From: Bdellovibrionota bacterium
Lineage (GTDB): Bacteria > Bdellovibrionota > Bdellovibrionia > Bdellovibrionales > Bdellovibrionaceae
Assembly: GCA_052033755.1 (NCBI GenBank)
Contig: JBPOJH010000015.1
Span: 10,564-74,563, forward strand
Reading direction: 5' to 3'
Length of the DNA: 64,000 nucleotides
Part shown: positions 9,261 to 18,460 of the stretch, piece by piece
Numbering within the stretch: the stretch's first letter is position 1
Layout of the letters: each line of letters begins with the position of its first letter
Position numbers and translations under genes: made by a program
Notes under the pieces: model-generated
What the model was told of the DNA's origin: nothing
The model's database searches: none
The model's input: only the letters and a program-made list of their open reading frames with translations

Positions 9261-10556
9261 ATGAAGTTCGTACCTGGCGCAAAACAATTTTCATTTCAGA
9301 TGGCTGGTCTGATGGTGTACATGGCCTTTATATATGTGGCGTGTGCTCCTGTTAAATTCGATAAAAATGATCAGATTGACTGTCAGGGTTTTAAAGAAAA
9401 ATGTGCTAACGTTGTCATCGAAGGTACATCTTATCAAGACTTTGATTATGACTATACAGTGCCAGGTCGAGCTGTAGATATATTAATTGTAGATGATAAT
9501 TCGGGTTCCATGTCCTTTGAACAAAATCATATGTCAGAAAGATTTTCGTCTTTTTTGCAAGCCTTAGAGCAAAGAAGTATTGATTATCGAATTGCTGTGA
9601 CGACAACAGATATTTCCGTTACCGATCCAAACTCTAAGATTTTTAATCCCCCCAGAGCTATCAATCAAAATGGTGCTCTTCAAGATGGTCGTTTGATTGC
9701 GTACAGTAATGGTGAATATTTCTTAACTCCAAATTCGGCCAACAAGCAGGCGTTGTTTGATGGAGTGATTAAACGGGCCGAGACCTTAAATTGCGAGACT
9801 TTTCTAAAAGCTAATCCGGATATGTATGTCAGTGGATATCAAAATGCATATCAAGCAGCCTGTCCTTCAGGAGTCGAACGTGGTGTATATGCCATCAACC
9901 AAGTGATCAAAACAAATCCAAATAGTTTTATTCGACCTAACGCTCATTTTGCTGTGGTGGTTTTATCGGACGAAGATGTCATGAGTTCTTCTTATCAAAA
10001 AGAATCTTTTCAAGCCGATGTTGAATATCAATTGGCTTACGAAGATATGCCTCAATCTGTCATTGAAAATGCAAGTAAATATCTGGGTGGTAACACGCTA
10101 AGTGTCCATTCTATAATCGTCAATCCTGGATCCTTGAAGTCAGGTGCTTCTGCGGATGCCGTTGCTAAATCTTTGGCAGGTACTGGTAAGGTCAACACGT
10201 ATTCTTACTTCACGGGTAGTGATACGGCTTGTTTACAAAAACAAAATACACAAACTCCAAACATCAGCGGCAGTTATGGATATGTTTATAGTTTGTTGTC
10301 AAAAATGACGGGCGGAATAGAGGGTGACATCTGTGCCAACGATTATGGTTCACAGTTGTATAATATCGGTGCCAATGCTGGCTCGCATGTGAATGAAATT
10401 AAGTTAGCATGCGTGCAGCCAAAAGATTTAGTGGTTACACCGGATGCGTCCAATGGGACGGGTGCTAGTTTTACAATAAATGCGGATATTGTGAAGTTTG
10501 ATAAGGATTTAGTTCCTGGCTCCAAGGTGCATTTAAAATATCTTTGTCCAAAATGA
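9261..10556 (+). CDS. secreted protein or lipoprotein with a vWA-like MIDAS motif
   Basis: GAGG RBS and a signal/lipobox-like segment (MAFIYVAC). DxSxS MIDAS motif in ILIVDDNSGSMS. No TM segment elsewhere. Confidence 0.6.
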   Translation: MKFVPGAKQFSFQMAGLMVYMAFIYVACAPVKFDKNDQIDCQGFKEKCANVVIEGTSYQDFDYDYTVPGRAVDILIVDDNSGSMSFEQNHMSERFSSFLQALEQRSIDYRIAVTTTDISVTDPNSKIFNPPRAINQNGALQDGRLIAYSNGEYFLTPNSANKQALFDGVIKRAETLNCETFLKANPDMYVSGYQNAYQAACPSGVERGVYAINQVIKTNPNSFIRPNAHFAVVVLSDEDVMSSSYQKESFQADVEYQLAYEDMPQSVIENASKYLGGNTLSVHSIIVNPGSLKSGASADAVAKSLAGTGKVNTYSYFTGSDTACLQKQNTQTPNISGSYGYVYSLLSKMTGGIEGDICANDYGSQLYNIGANAGSHVNEIKLACVQPKDLVVTPDASNGTGASFTINADIVKFDKDLVPGSKVHLKYLCPK

Positions 10557-10595
10557 GGCCAATTGGAATTTGATTTGAATGGGTCTTATTTTAAA

Positions 10596-11993
10596 TTAGC
10601 GAGTTTTTAATTCCAATGCTTTAGTGCTTTTTGATAATTTCTCAGCCGCAGCTTCTAAGCGTGTATCCATATCTAGTTTGGTGTTGGAAAATAAAAAAGG
10701 ATTTTCCGCCAGCTGCTGAGTTAAAATATTTGTCAGTCGAACTTTTTGCAAACTATTGTAGTCCCATTGTAAATCACGACCTTGCATCTGAAAATGCAAG
10801 GCGGGATCATCCATCGTTAAATCTGAGGTGACATCTCCACTGGAGTCTTCGGACAGGTGTAGTTTTCTTAGTAGTTGATCATTGATCACAAAAACGGATT
10901 TTTCTTTCACAAACGAAACCGCATCGTCTAAGGCCACGTTGACCTCGTTGAACTTTTGATAAAAACCTAACACCAATAAACTGACTCCCGAATTGACGGC
11001 CTCTTCCAGGCCACGCAAGATGTCTGAGGTCTTACCTTGTCCGTTTTGATTAATGACTTTAAAATTCAGCAAATCTATTTTTTCTAACGACTCGTTGGCG
11101 GTGGCACCAGTGTCGCTTCTGGTGTCGCTTCTGGTTTTATCGTTCGACATTTGTGCTTGGCAAATTTGTTGATTGATAAAAGTACCTAGGCCCGCATTGC
11201 CGCCTTCGATGAAAAGCTCTTTTAAGTTTTTGGTGTCCTCTTTGGGCCAGGGCTGATTTTTGACGTAATCCCATCCCACCGAGGTTGTGCCGTTTTTATT
11301 TGTAGTGCCAAGGCAAGGAACTAAAGACAAATCGCGATAATCGACACCGGGCCCGACGATTCCGACGCGCACTTTTTTTATTGGCAATAATGGTTTTTGT
11401 GCATAGGCAGCTTCGGCAGTTTCATAATCAGTTCTTGCTGTGGCAGGCTCGCCCCATGCATTAACTTCTTCAGTATTTGCATTTGAGGCCAAGTCTTTAC
11501 TTGTGTTTTTACTGTCGTTGGCGGTGATGTTGTTGTCTTTTTTTCGTACAGGGTAGCTTAGGCCACGCAAGTAAGCGGCTCTTCGTAAAGGATCTTCGAC
11601 TTGATAGTCTTCTTTAATAGATACTAATTTGTCGTCTTGAAATTGCTCTACTGCTGGATGAGTCAGCAAGATGTTTGTAGATATTGAGTTCGGTTTGAAC
11701 ACCAGTATCCAAGAGTAGGGCAAGGGTTCAAAACGCAGTTGTTGTGTCGCTTGTAATTGCATCAAAGTGTGCAAAAAGCTTTGGTTGTCATTGAAGTTCG
11801 TTCCAAGTTTGATCAATAAGTCAGCTTTAAGTGCGGGGCTATTGCGAGTGTTTAACAATACAGAGGCCGGAGCATGTGTGGTTCGATGAGTTTTTGCAGG
11901 GGCACTAGATGGTAATGTTATGATAGACACCAATGCCAAACATGTAATGGATATAAAAGATAAGATAGCATTTTTTGAGAATAAAATAAGCAT
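10596..11993 (-). CDS. secreted protein, possibly a degenerate (catalytically dead) subtilase-like fold
   Basis: Signal peptide (ILSFISITCLALVSIITLPSSAPA). Blocks VRVGIVGPGVDY, GGNAGLGT and SDILRGLEEAVNSGVSLLVLGF resemble S8 peptidase blocks around Asp, His and the oxyanion region, but with the catalytic residues substituted. Confidence 0.55.
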   Translation of the reverse strand: MLILFSKNAILSFISITCLALVSIITLPSSAPAKTHRTTHAPASVLLNTRNSPALKADLLIKLGTNFNDNQSFLHTLMQLQATQQLRFEPLPYSWILVFKPNSISTNILLTHPAVEQFQDDKLVSIKEDYQVEDPLRRAAYLRGLSYPVRKKDNNITANDSKNTSKDLASNANTEEVNAWGEPATARTDYETAEAAYAQKPLLPIKKVRVGIVGPGVDYRDLSLVPCLGTTNKNGTTSVGWDYVKNQPWPKEDTKNLKELFIEGGNAGLGTFINQQICQAQMSNDKTRSDTRSDTGATANESLEKIDLLNFKVINQNGQGKTSDILRGLEEAVNSGVSLLVLGFYQKFNEVNVALDDAVSFVKEKSVFVINDQLLRKLHLSEDSSGDVTSDLTMDDPALHFQMQGRDLQWDYNSLQKVRLTNILTQQLAENPFLFSNTKLDMDTRLEAAAEKLSKSTKALELKTR

Positions 11994-12190
11994 ACTCCTG
12001 TTGTAATTAGCTATAGTAAAATCTCTGGATGGGATTTGTCTATAATTCCACGCGTTGCCATCTTACAAATTGTGTGGGGAGTCGATTGACGCTAACCTTT
12101 ACATAAAGATGAAATTCTGCGACAAAGTGATATTGTACTGAAAATCTATTGAGAAAAGGTGAATGAAAAAAAACACCTAGGAGGTTGTGT

Positions 12191-12712
12191 GTGAATCCTG
12201 TGAATTCAATGAATACACAAGACCCGGCATCATTTGCGGTTACGACTCGTTTGGATGCGGTTATAGCTTGGGGTCGAAAAAATTCTTTATGGCCATTGCC
12301 GTATGGAACAGCTTGCTGTGGTATCGAATTAATGTCGGTGATGGGGCCGAAGTACGACTTGGCTCGTTTTGGAGCTGAGGTTGTGCGCTTTTCACCTCGT
12401 CAATCGGACTTATTATTGGTGGCAGGAACGATCACTGAAAAAATGGCTCCTATTTTGGTGCGCATTTATCGACAGATGTTAGATCCCAAATATGTCATTT
12501 CAATGGGAGCTTGTGCCAGCTCGGGTGGGTTTTATCGTGCCTATCATGTTTTGCAAGGAGCTGATCAGGTGATCCCTGTCGATGTTTACGTTCCGGGTTG
12601 TCCTCCAACACCAGAAGCGGTTTTGGATGGAGTGATGTTATTACAAAAAATGATTGCAGATCATCAACCTCGACCATGGAAAGACAATTGGAAGGCCCCA
12701 CAGTATGAGTAA
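12191..12712 (+). CDS. nuoB: NADH-quinone oxidoreductase subunit B
   Basis: Motifs [22 protein letters not shown] and VPGCPP are present. AGGAGG at 12179-12184 favours GTG at 12191; ATG at 12209 is the alternative. Confidence 0.9.
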   Translation: MNPVNSMNTQDPASFAVTTRLDAVIAWGRKNSLWPLPYGTACCGIELMSVMGPKYDLARFGAEVVRFSPRQSDLLLVAGTITEKMAPILVRIYRQMLDPKYVISMGACASSGGFYRAYHVLQGADQVIPVDVYVPGCPPTPEAVLDGVMLLQKMIADHQPRPWKDNWKAPQYE

Positions 12713-14387
12713 TCTAGAATCTTTTAAACAATTGTTAGCAAAAAAATTTCAGGTGGAAAGATATCAATTTTTCACAGCCGTTGGTGATGATGTGCTAGTC
12801 ATCCCCAAAGAGGATATTGTTCCTGTATTAAAGTTTTTAAAGGATAATGATCGCTTTGATTTTTTAATGGATATTTGCGGTGTTCATTATCCCAAAAAAG
12901 ATAAGGCCTTCGAGGTTGTATATCATTTATTTAGTACAAAAGATGCGTCTCGTTTGCGAATCAAAGTTCCGTTAGCAGAGGGCGAAGCTATCGATACGGC
13001 GTTGCCTGTATTTAGAGGAGCGGATTGGTTTGAGCGTGAAGCCTATGATATGTTTGGTATTATTTTTAAAGGCCATCCTAACTTGCGAAGAATTTTAACG
13101 CATCATCAATTTGTAGGACATCCTTTACGTAAAGATTACGAAGCGGACAAACAACAACATTGCACTGAGACTTTAAAAATTCATTTTGATAATGAGCCTG
13201 GTGTTGATGGCTCTGTTTTGAATCCAAATTGTGTGCCATTAAATATTGGTCCATCGCATCCAGCGATGCATGGAACTTTGCGTGTGATGACGGAACTAGA
13301 TGGAGAAACAGTTGTACGCGCCGGATGCGAGATTGGTTATCTGCATAGATGTTTTGAAAAAATGGCAGAAACGCATCCTTATAATCAAGTGATTCCCTAC
13401 ACAGATCGTTTGAACTATTGTTCGGCGCCCATGAATAATGTGGGTTATTGCAAAACGGTGGAGCGATTGTTGGGAGTTGAAATTCCAGCGAAAGCGCAGG
13501 CGATGCGAATTATTTTATGCGAGCTTTCTAGAATCATAGATCACATTGTTGCTGTAGGTACAGGTGGTGTGGATTTAGGGGCCTTGACCAGTTTCTTTCA
13601 TTTGTTTACTTACCGTGAAAAAGTTTACAACTTATTTGAAAAGCTTTGTGGAGCGCGCTTAACCGTGGCGCTGACTCGCGTGGGTGGAATGGCTCAAGAT
13701 GCACCAGAAGGCTGGTTCGATGACGTCATGGCATTCTGTAAAGAAATGCGTGAGGGTGTCGACGAAATTTCTAGATTAATGTTAGACAATAAAATCTTTA
13801 TCAAAAGGACTCAAGGGGTCACTCCGGTGAAAGCACAAGATGCGATTCAGTGGGGATACACAGGTCCGTTATTAAGAGCTTGCGGTGTGGGTTTGGATTT
13901 AAGAAAGATCAAACCTTATTATGGCTATGAGACTTTGGATTTTGATGTTCCGGTTGGTACAAATGGCGATATTTACGATCGCTATTTGGTGCGCATCGAA
14001 GAGATGCGACAAAGTATTCGTATCATCGAGCAAGTTTGTCGAAATGTTCCAGGCGGTGATTACACGATCCGAGATCGCAGCATTGTACTGCCAGAGAAAA
14101 AAGATGTTTACGGAAATATCGAAGGTTTGATGAATCACTTTATGTTGATCATTAATGGCTTACGTCCTCCTGTGGGTGAGGTTTATGACGCTACCGAGGC
14201 TGCGAATGGGGAACTGGGTTTTTATTTAGTCAGTGATGGCAGTGGTTCGCCATATCGCTTAAAGGTTAGGCCTCCTTGCTTTGCTATTTACCAGTCTTTT
14301 CCAACATTGGTTAGGGGATGGATGATTGCAGATGCAATTGCAACAGTGGCTAGTATGAACGTTATTGCGGGTGAATTAGATAGATAA
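12705..14387 (+). CDS. nuoCD: NADH-quinone oxidoreductase fused subunit C/D
   Basis: The ATG at 12705 overlaps the nuoB stop (ATGAGTAA). The N-terminal half is NuoC-like ([13 protein letters not shown]). The C-terminal half is NuoD-like ([14 protein letters not shown], ...IAGELDR end). Confidence 0.9.
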   Translation: MSNLESFKQLLAKKFQVERYQFFTAVGDDVLVIPKEDIVPVLKFLKDNDRFDFLMDICGVHYPKKDKAFEVVYHLFSTKDASRLRIKVPLAEGEAIDTALPVFRGADWFEREAYDMFGIIFKGHPNLRRILTHHQFVGHPLRKDYEADKQQHCTETLKIHFDNEPGVDGSVLNPNCVPLNIGPSHPAMHGTLRVMTELDGETVVRAGCEIGYLHRCFEKMAETHPYNQVIPYTDRLNYCSAPMNNVGYCKTVERLLGVEIPAKAQAMRIILCELSRIIDHIVAVGTGGVDLGALTSFFHLFTYREKVYNLFEKLCGARLTVALTRVGGMAQDAPEGWFDDVMAFCKEMREGVDEISRLMLDNKIFIKRTQGVTPVKAQDAIQWGYTGPLLRACGVGLDLRKIKPYYGYETLDFDVPVGTNGDIYDRYLVRIEEMRQSIRIIEQVCRNVPGGDYTIRDRSIVLPEKKDVYGNIEGLMNHFMLIINGLRPPVGEVYDATEAANGELGFYLVSDGSGSPYRLKVRPPCFAIYQSFPTLVRGWMIADAIATVASMNVIAGELDR

Positions 14388-14490
14388 GCACTAGCTTGAT
14401 GGCAAGAAGGGCTTGTGAACTAGAAAGTTAACAAGCTAGTCAGTTAACAAGTAAGTAAGTTAACTAAAATGTTTAAAAGAGGGGTTGGAT

Positions 14491-14964
14491 ATGTTTTCTT
14501 TATCGGCTGAAGGTAAAGCTGAAATTCAAAAAGAAATGACCAGATATGAAACGAAAGAATCAGCCATTATTCCGTCACTGTACATTGCACAGAAAGAGAA
14601 TAAAGGCTGGATTAGTGACGAAGTGATTTTGCATTTAAGTCAGGTGATGGATATTCCCGAGTCTCGTATCAATGAAGTTTTTAAATTTTATACGATGTTC
14701 AATCAAGAATCTGTGGGTCGCAATCACATCCAAGTGTGTACAAACATTTCGTGTGCGTTGAATGGTGGTCGTGAACTGGCTGCGCATGTCTTGAAGGAAT
14801 TAAAACTGGAGTACAATCAAGTCAGTGAAGATGGCAAGTACTGCGTGTCTCATGTGGAGTGTTTAGGTTCTTGTGGAACGGCGCCAATGATGCAAATCAA
14901 TGAAACTTACCATGAAAATTTAACTCCGGAATCAGCGATGAACATTATTAGAGGGTTAAAATAA
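14491..14964 (+). CDS. nuoE: NADH-quinone oxidoreductase subunit E
   Basis: 2Fe-2S ligand pattern CTNISCALNG ... ECLGSCGTAPMM. ATG at 14491 lies behind an AAGAGGGG RBS. Confidence 0.9.
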   Translation: MFSLSAEGKAEIQKEMTRYETKESAIIPSLYIAQKENKGWISDEVILHLSQVMDIPESRINEVFKFYTMFNQESVGRNHIQVCTNISCALNGGRELAAHVLKELKLEYNQVSEDGKYCVSHVECLGSCGTAPMMQINETYHENLTPESAMNIIRGLK

Positions 14965-14995
14965 TTATTTAATAAATGATCAAGTAGGGAAAATA

Positions 14996-16285
14996 ATGGA
15001 AACAAAATTATTAACTGAACATTATGCAAAAGATGAATTCCGAAACCTGGATGGTTACAAAAAATTAGGTGGCTATCAGGTTTTAGAAAAAGCTTTAAAA
15101 ATGCAACCGCAACAAATCATTGATGAGGTCAAAGCATCGGGCTTAAGAGGTCGTGGTGGTGCTGGATTTCCGACAGGAATGAAGTGGGGATTTTTACCTA
15201 AAAACGGAGAGCCTAGATATTTGCTGTGCAATGCCGACGAAGGTGAGCCAGGAACTTTTAAAGATCGTTTGATGATGGAGCGAGCTCCGCATCAGTTGAT
15301 CGAAGGAATGATTATTTCTGGTTTCGCGGTGGGTGCAAACAAGGGTTATATTTATGTGCGTGGAGAATATTTTTTTCCGATCAAAGTTTTGCGTGAGGCT
15401 TTAGCCGAGGCTTATAAAGCGGGATTGTTAGGTAAAAATATTTTAGGTTCTGGATTTAATTTTGACTTAGATGTTTATTCGGGAGCGGGTGCTTATATCT
15501 GTGGAGAAGAAACTGGTTTGATTTCCTCTTTAGAGGGTAAAAAAGGTCAGCCAAAATTGAAACCGCCATTCCCTGCGATCCAAGGTTATTTGAAAAAGCC
15601 GACCATCGTGAATAACGTGGAAACATTAGCGGCTGTTATTCCAATTTTACGTGATGGAGCTGCGGCTTATAAAAAATACGGAACAGAAAAATCACCAGGA
15701 ACAAAATTATTTTCTTTGAGTGGAAATGTTTCTAGACCTGGTAATTATGAAATTCCATTAGCGACTCCGTTAAATGATCTAATCTATAAATTAGGTGGTG
15801 GGATTCCGAATGGTCGTAAGTTAAAAGCGGTTATTCCGGGGGGCTCAAGTGCTCCCGTGTTAACGGCTGCAGAGGTGGATAAAGCCACTTTGGATTATGA
15901 ATGTTTAGCAGCGATGGGTTCGATGTTGGGTAGTGGAGCTGTGATTGTGATCGATGATTCACAATGTATGGTGGATCTATTGGGAGTGTTGATGCACTTT
16001 TATTCTCACGAGTCGTGCGGACAATGTACACCTTGTCGAGAAGGCACTGGTTGGTTGAATAAAATCGTTCATTCGATCCTAGAAGGTAAGGGTCGTTTGC
16101 AAGATATCGATTTACTAGTCAAGGTAGCTGATAACATGAAAGGGAAAACGATTTGTGCACTTTCTGATGCCGCCGCTTTACCAGTATTAAGTTTTGTAAC
16201 AAAATTTCGTGATGAATTTGAGTTTTATGTTCGCGAAGGTCGTTCTAAAGTAAGAGGAAATTTCTATGCCGAAATGCACCATTAA
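14996..16285 (+). CDS. nuoF: NADH-quinone oxidoreductase subunit F
   Basis: FMN/NADH motifs GRGGAGFPTG and GAGAYICGEETGL, plus the 4Fe-4S motif ESCGQCTPCREG. Confidence 0.95.
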   Translation: METKLLTEHYAKDEFRNLDGYKKLGGYQVLEKALKMQPQQIIDEVKASGLRGRGGAGFPTGMKWGFLPKNGEPRYLLCNADEGEPGTFKDRLMMERAPHQLIEGMIISGFAVGANKGYIYVRGEYFFPIKVLREALAEAYKAGLLGKNILGSGFNFDLDVYSGAGAYICGEETGLISSLEGKKGQPKLKPPFPAIQGYLKKPTIVNNVETLAAVIPILRDGAAAYKKYGTEKSPGTKLFSLSGNVSRPGNYEIPLATPLNDLIYKLGGGIPNGRKLKAVIPGGSSAPVLTAAEVDKATLDYECLAAMGSMLGSGAVIVIDDSQCMVDLLGVLMHFYSHESCGQCTPCREGTGWLNKIVHSILEGKGRLQDIDLLVKVADNMKGKTICALSDAAALPVLSFVTKFRDEFEFYVREGRSKVRGNFYAEMHH

Positions 16286-17846
16286 TGGAAAAGAAATAGA
16301 AGTCAAAGACGGTACAACGATTATCGAGGCGATGTACAAGGATGAGCAGCGAATTGCTCACTATTGTTATCATCCTGGATTATCCATTGCCGGTGTTTGT
16401 CGCTTGTGTATGGTTGAGATCGAGGGAAATCCTCGTTTGCAAATTGCTTGTAACACGGTGATCACCGAAGGCATGAAAATTAATAATACCTCTGCCAAAG
16501 TCAAAGACGCTGTGAAGTGGGGAATGGATTTTCATTTGATCAATCATCCCTTGGATTGTCCTATTTGTGACCAAGCCGGCGAGTGCGGTTTGCAAGAACA
16601 GTACATGGAATTTGGTAAATACGATCCTGAGATGGCAGAACACAAAGTTAAAAAACACAAAGTAACAGATCTGGGACCGACAGTGGTATTGGATTCTGAA
16701 CGATGTATCTTATGTTCACGCTGCGTTCGTTTTACAACGGAAGTTTCTAAAACAGAAGAATTAGGAATTTTTAATCGTGGAGATCGCTCAGAAATAGGTA
16801 CTGTTGAAGGTAAAAAATTAGATAACAAGTATTCATTAAACACTGTGGATATTTGTCCTGTGGGAGCATTGACTTCGAAGGATTTCCGCTTTCGTCAACG
16901 TGTGTGGTACCTCAAAGATGGCGAAACCATTTGTAATGGTTGTAGCACGGGTTGCAGTATCAAAGCCTATTTCAACAAAGAGGGCTTTTTCCGCGTGAAG
17001 CCTGTGTTTAATGAACAAGTGAATGGTCATTGGATGTGTGACGAGGGACGTGATTTATATAAATTCGTCAATCGCGATAATCGCTATACGAAAGCTCGTC
17101 GCAAGACAGCTCAAGGTTGGGAGGAATCTTTACCTGGTGCTGCAGCCAAGGATTTATCTCAATTGGTAAAGGCGTCTGGCGACAAGTTAGCCGTCATTTT
17201 AACAGGTCAATATACCGTAGAAGAATATGAAGCTTTATTACCGATGTTGGTGAATGAAGTAAAAACGAAAAAGATTTTTCATTGGATGAACAATCCAGAA
17301 ACTGCGGAAGCTTTTGATGGACTTTTACTGCGCGGAGATAAAAATCCAAATACGAAGGGTTTGTTACAGACGTTACAAAAATATCAGATTAGCTCGACAT
17401 GGAAAGAACTAGAAGATCTGATCGCTAAAGGTCAGATTGAAACTGTTTTGGTGGCTGGTCCTGAAAATCAAATGCATTATTCTGATATCAAATCCAAAGT
17501 AGCTTTGATTTCAAAAGTCAAAAATGTGATTTGGCTACAGTCTTCCAAAAATGCCCAGTTAGATGAATTGCCATTGGGATCTGTGATTCTTCCGATGAAG
17601 AGTTACGTAGAAAAAGATGGTACTTTTGTGAACCATGCTGGCTTAGCGCAAAAATTTTCTAAGGTGACCACCGTTGTGTCCGAGGCTTTAACACTAGCAG
17701 AGGCGGCATCGTTGTTGATGGGGCAGCAGTTAGTGATTCGACCAGACACAGGAAAGTTATTAGTCGAGTCGAATCGTTCGGCCGAGAAAGTCACGATAGA
17801 GCATCGTAAAAAGAATGAGTTTACTTTTAACAGGAGACCTTTATGA
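16266..17846 (+). CDS. nuoG: NADH-quinone oxidoreductase subunit G (short form)
   Basis: N-terminal 2Fe-2S (CYHPGLSIAGVCRLC) and HPLDCPICDQAGEC, CILCSRCVRF, CPVGALT clusters are present. It is only 526 aa, so the molybdopterin-like C-terminal part is short. It overlaps nuoF by 20 nt. Confidence 0.85.
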   Translation: MPKCTINGKEIEVKDGTTIIEAMYKDEQRIAHYCYHPGLSIAGVCRLCMVEIEGNPRLQIACNTVITEGMKINNTSAKVKDAVKWGMDFHLINHPLDCPICDQAGECGLQEQYMEFGKYDPEMAEHKVKKHKVTDLGPTVVLDSERCILCSRCVRFTTEVSKTEELGIFNRGDRSEIGTVEGKKLDNKYSLNTVDICPVGALTSKDFRFRQRVWYLKDGETICNGCSTGCSIKAYFNKEGFFRVKPVFNEQVNGHWMCDEGRDLYKFVNRDNRYTKARRKTAQGWEESLPGAAAKDLSQLVKASGDKLAVILTGQYTVEEYEALLPMLVNEVKTKKIFHWMNNPETAEAFDGLLLRGDKNPNTKGLLQTLQKYQISSTWKELEDLIAKGQIETVLVAGPENQMHYSDIKSKVALISKVKNVIWLQSSKNAQLDELPLGSVILPMKSYVEKDGTFVNHAGLAQKFSKVTTVVSEALTLAEAASLLMGQQLVIRPDTGKLLVESNRSAEKVTIEHRKKNEFTFNRRPL

Positions 17847-18370
17847 GTGTGGTGCAAAAAAATAACTCAGAAAAAAGTAAATGGTATTTGCCTGGGATCT
17901 TGGGTGGCTTAGGAATCACAGGTAAGCATTTACTTAAAAATTTATTTCAAAGAAATAAAATGATAACCTTGAACTATCCTGAGGAAAAGCATGAGTACTC
18001 ACCGCGTTTTAAGGGCAATCACGTTTTGACGGTTAAAAAAGACGGAACACTTCGTTGCACGGCATGTATGTTGTGTGCGACGAATTGCCCAGCTGAATGT
18101 ATCACGATTGTCGCCGCGGAACATGAAGATCCTTCTGTTGAAAAGTATCCGATCAAATACGAGATCGATATTTTACGCTGTGTTTTTTGCGGATTTTGTG
18201 AAGAGGCCTGTCCTGTCGATGCCGTTCGCATGGGACCTGAGTGGCAAACTCCGGGCTTACCGGGATCTAATTTTAATTATGGCATAGATCAATTGGCGTT
18301 TCGTCCTCAACTAAAGGGTGGGATTTTATCTCATGTGGATGATGAGGAAAGACATAAGGCTGGGATCTAA
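17843..18370 (+). CDS. nuoI: NADH-quinone oxidoreductase subunit I
   Basis: Two 4Fe-4S motifs, CTACMLCATNCP and CVFCGFCEEACP. ATGA overlap with the nuoG stop. Confidence 0.9.
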   Translation: MSVVQKNNSEKSKWYLPGILGGLGITGKHLLKNLFQRNKMITLNYPEEKHEYSPRFKGNHVLTVKKDGTLRCTACMLCATNCPAECITIVAAEHEDPSVEKYPIKYEIDILRCVFCGFCEEACPVDAVRMGPEWQTPGLPGSNFNYGIDQLAFRPQLKGGILSHVDDEERHKAGI

Positions 18371-18389
18371 ATTTTAAGCTTAAAATATA

Positions 18390-18416
18390 GCCTAGCATTT
18401 CGTCCTAATGCTAGGC
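18390..18416 (+). terminator. stem-loop at the end of the nuo cluster
   Basis: Perfect 10-bp stem GCCTAGCATT / AATGCTAGGC with a 7-nt loop, 20 nt after the nuoI stop. There is no clear U-tract. Confidence 0.4.
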
Positions 18417-18460
18417 GCTAAGTCTCCTGATTTATTGAACTATTAGAGACAATAACAAGG

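Noticed and set aside
12654-12704. Upstream extension of the nuoCD ORF ([17 protein letters not shown]...).
   Set aside because: This part lies inside the nuoB coding sequence. The ATG at 12705 gives the classic ATGAGTAA stop/start overlap and a normal NuoC N-terminus.
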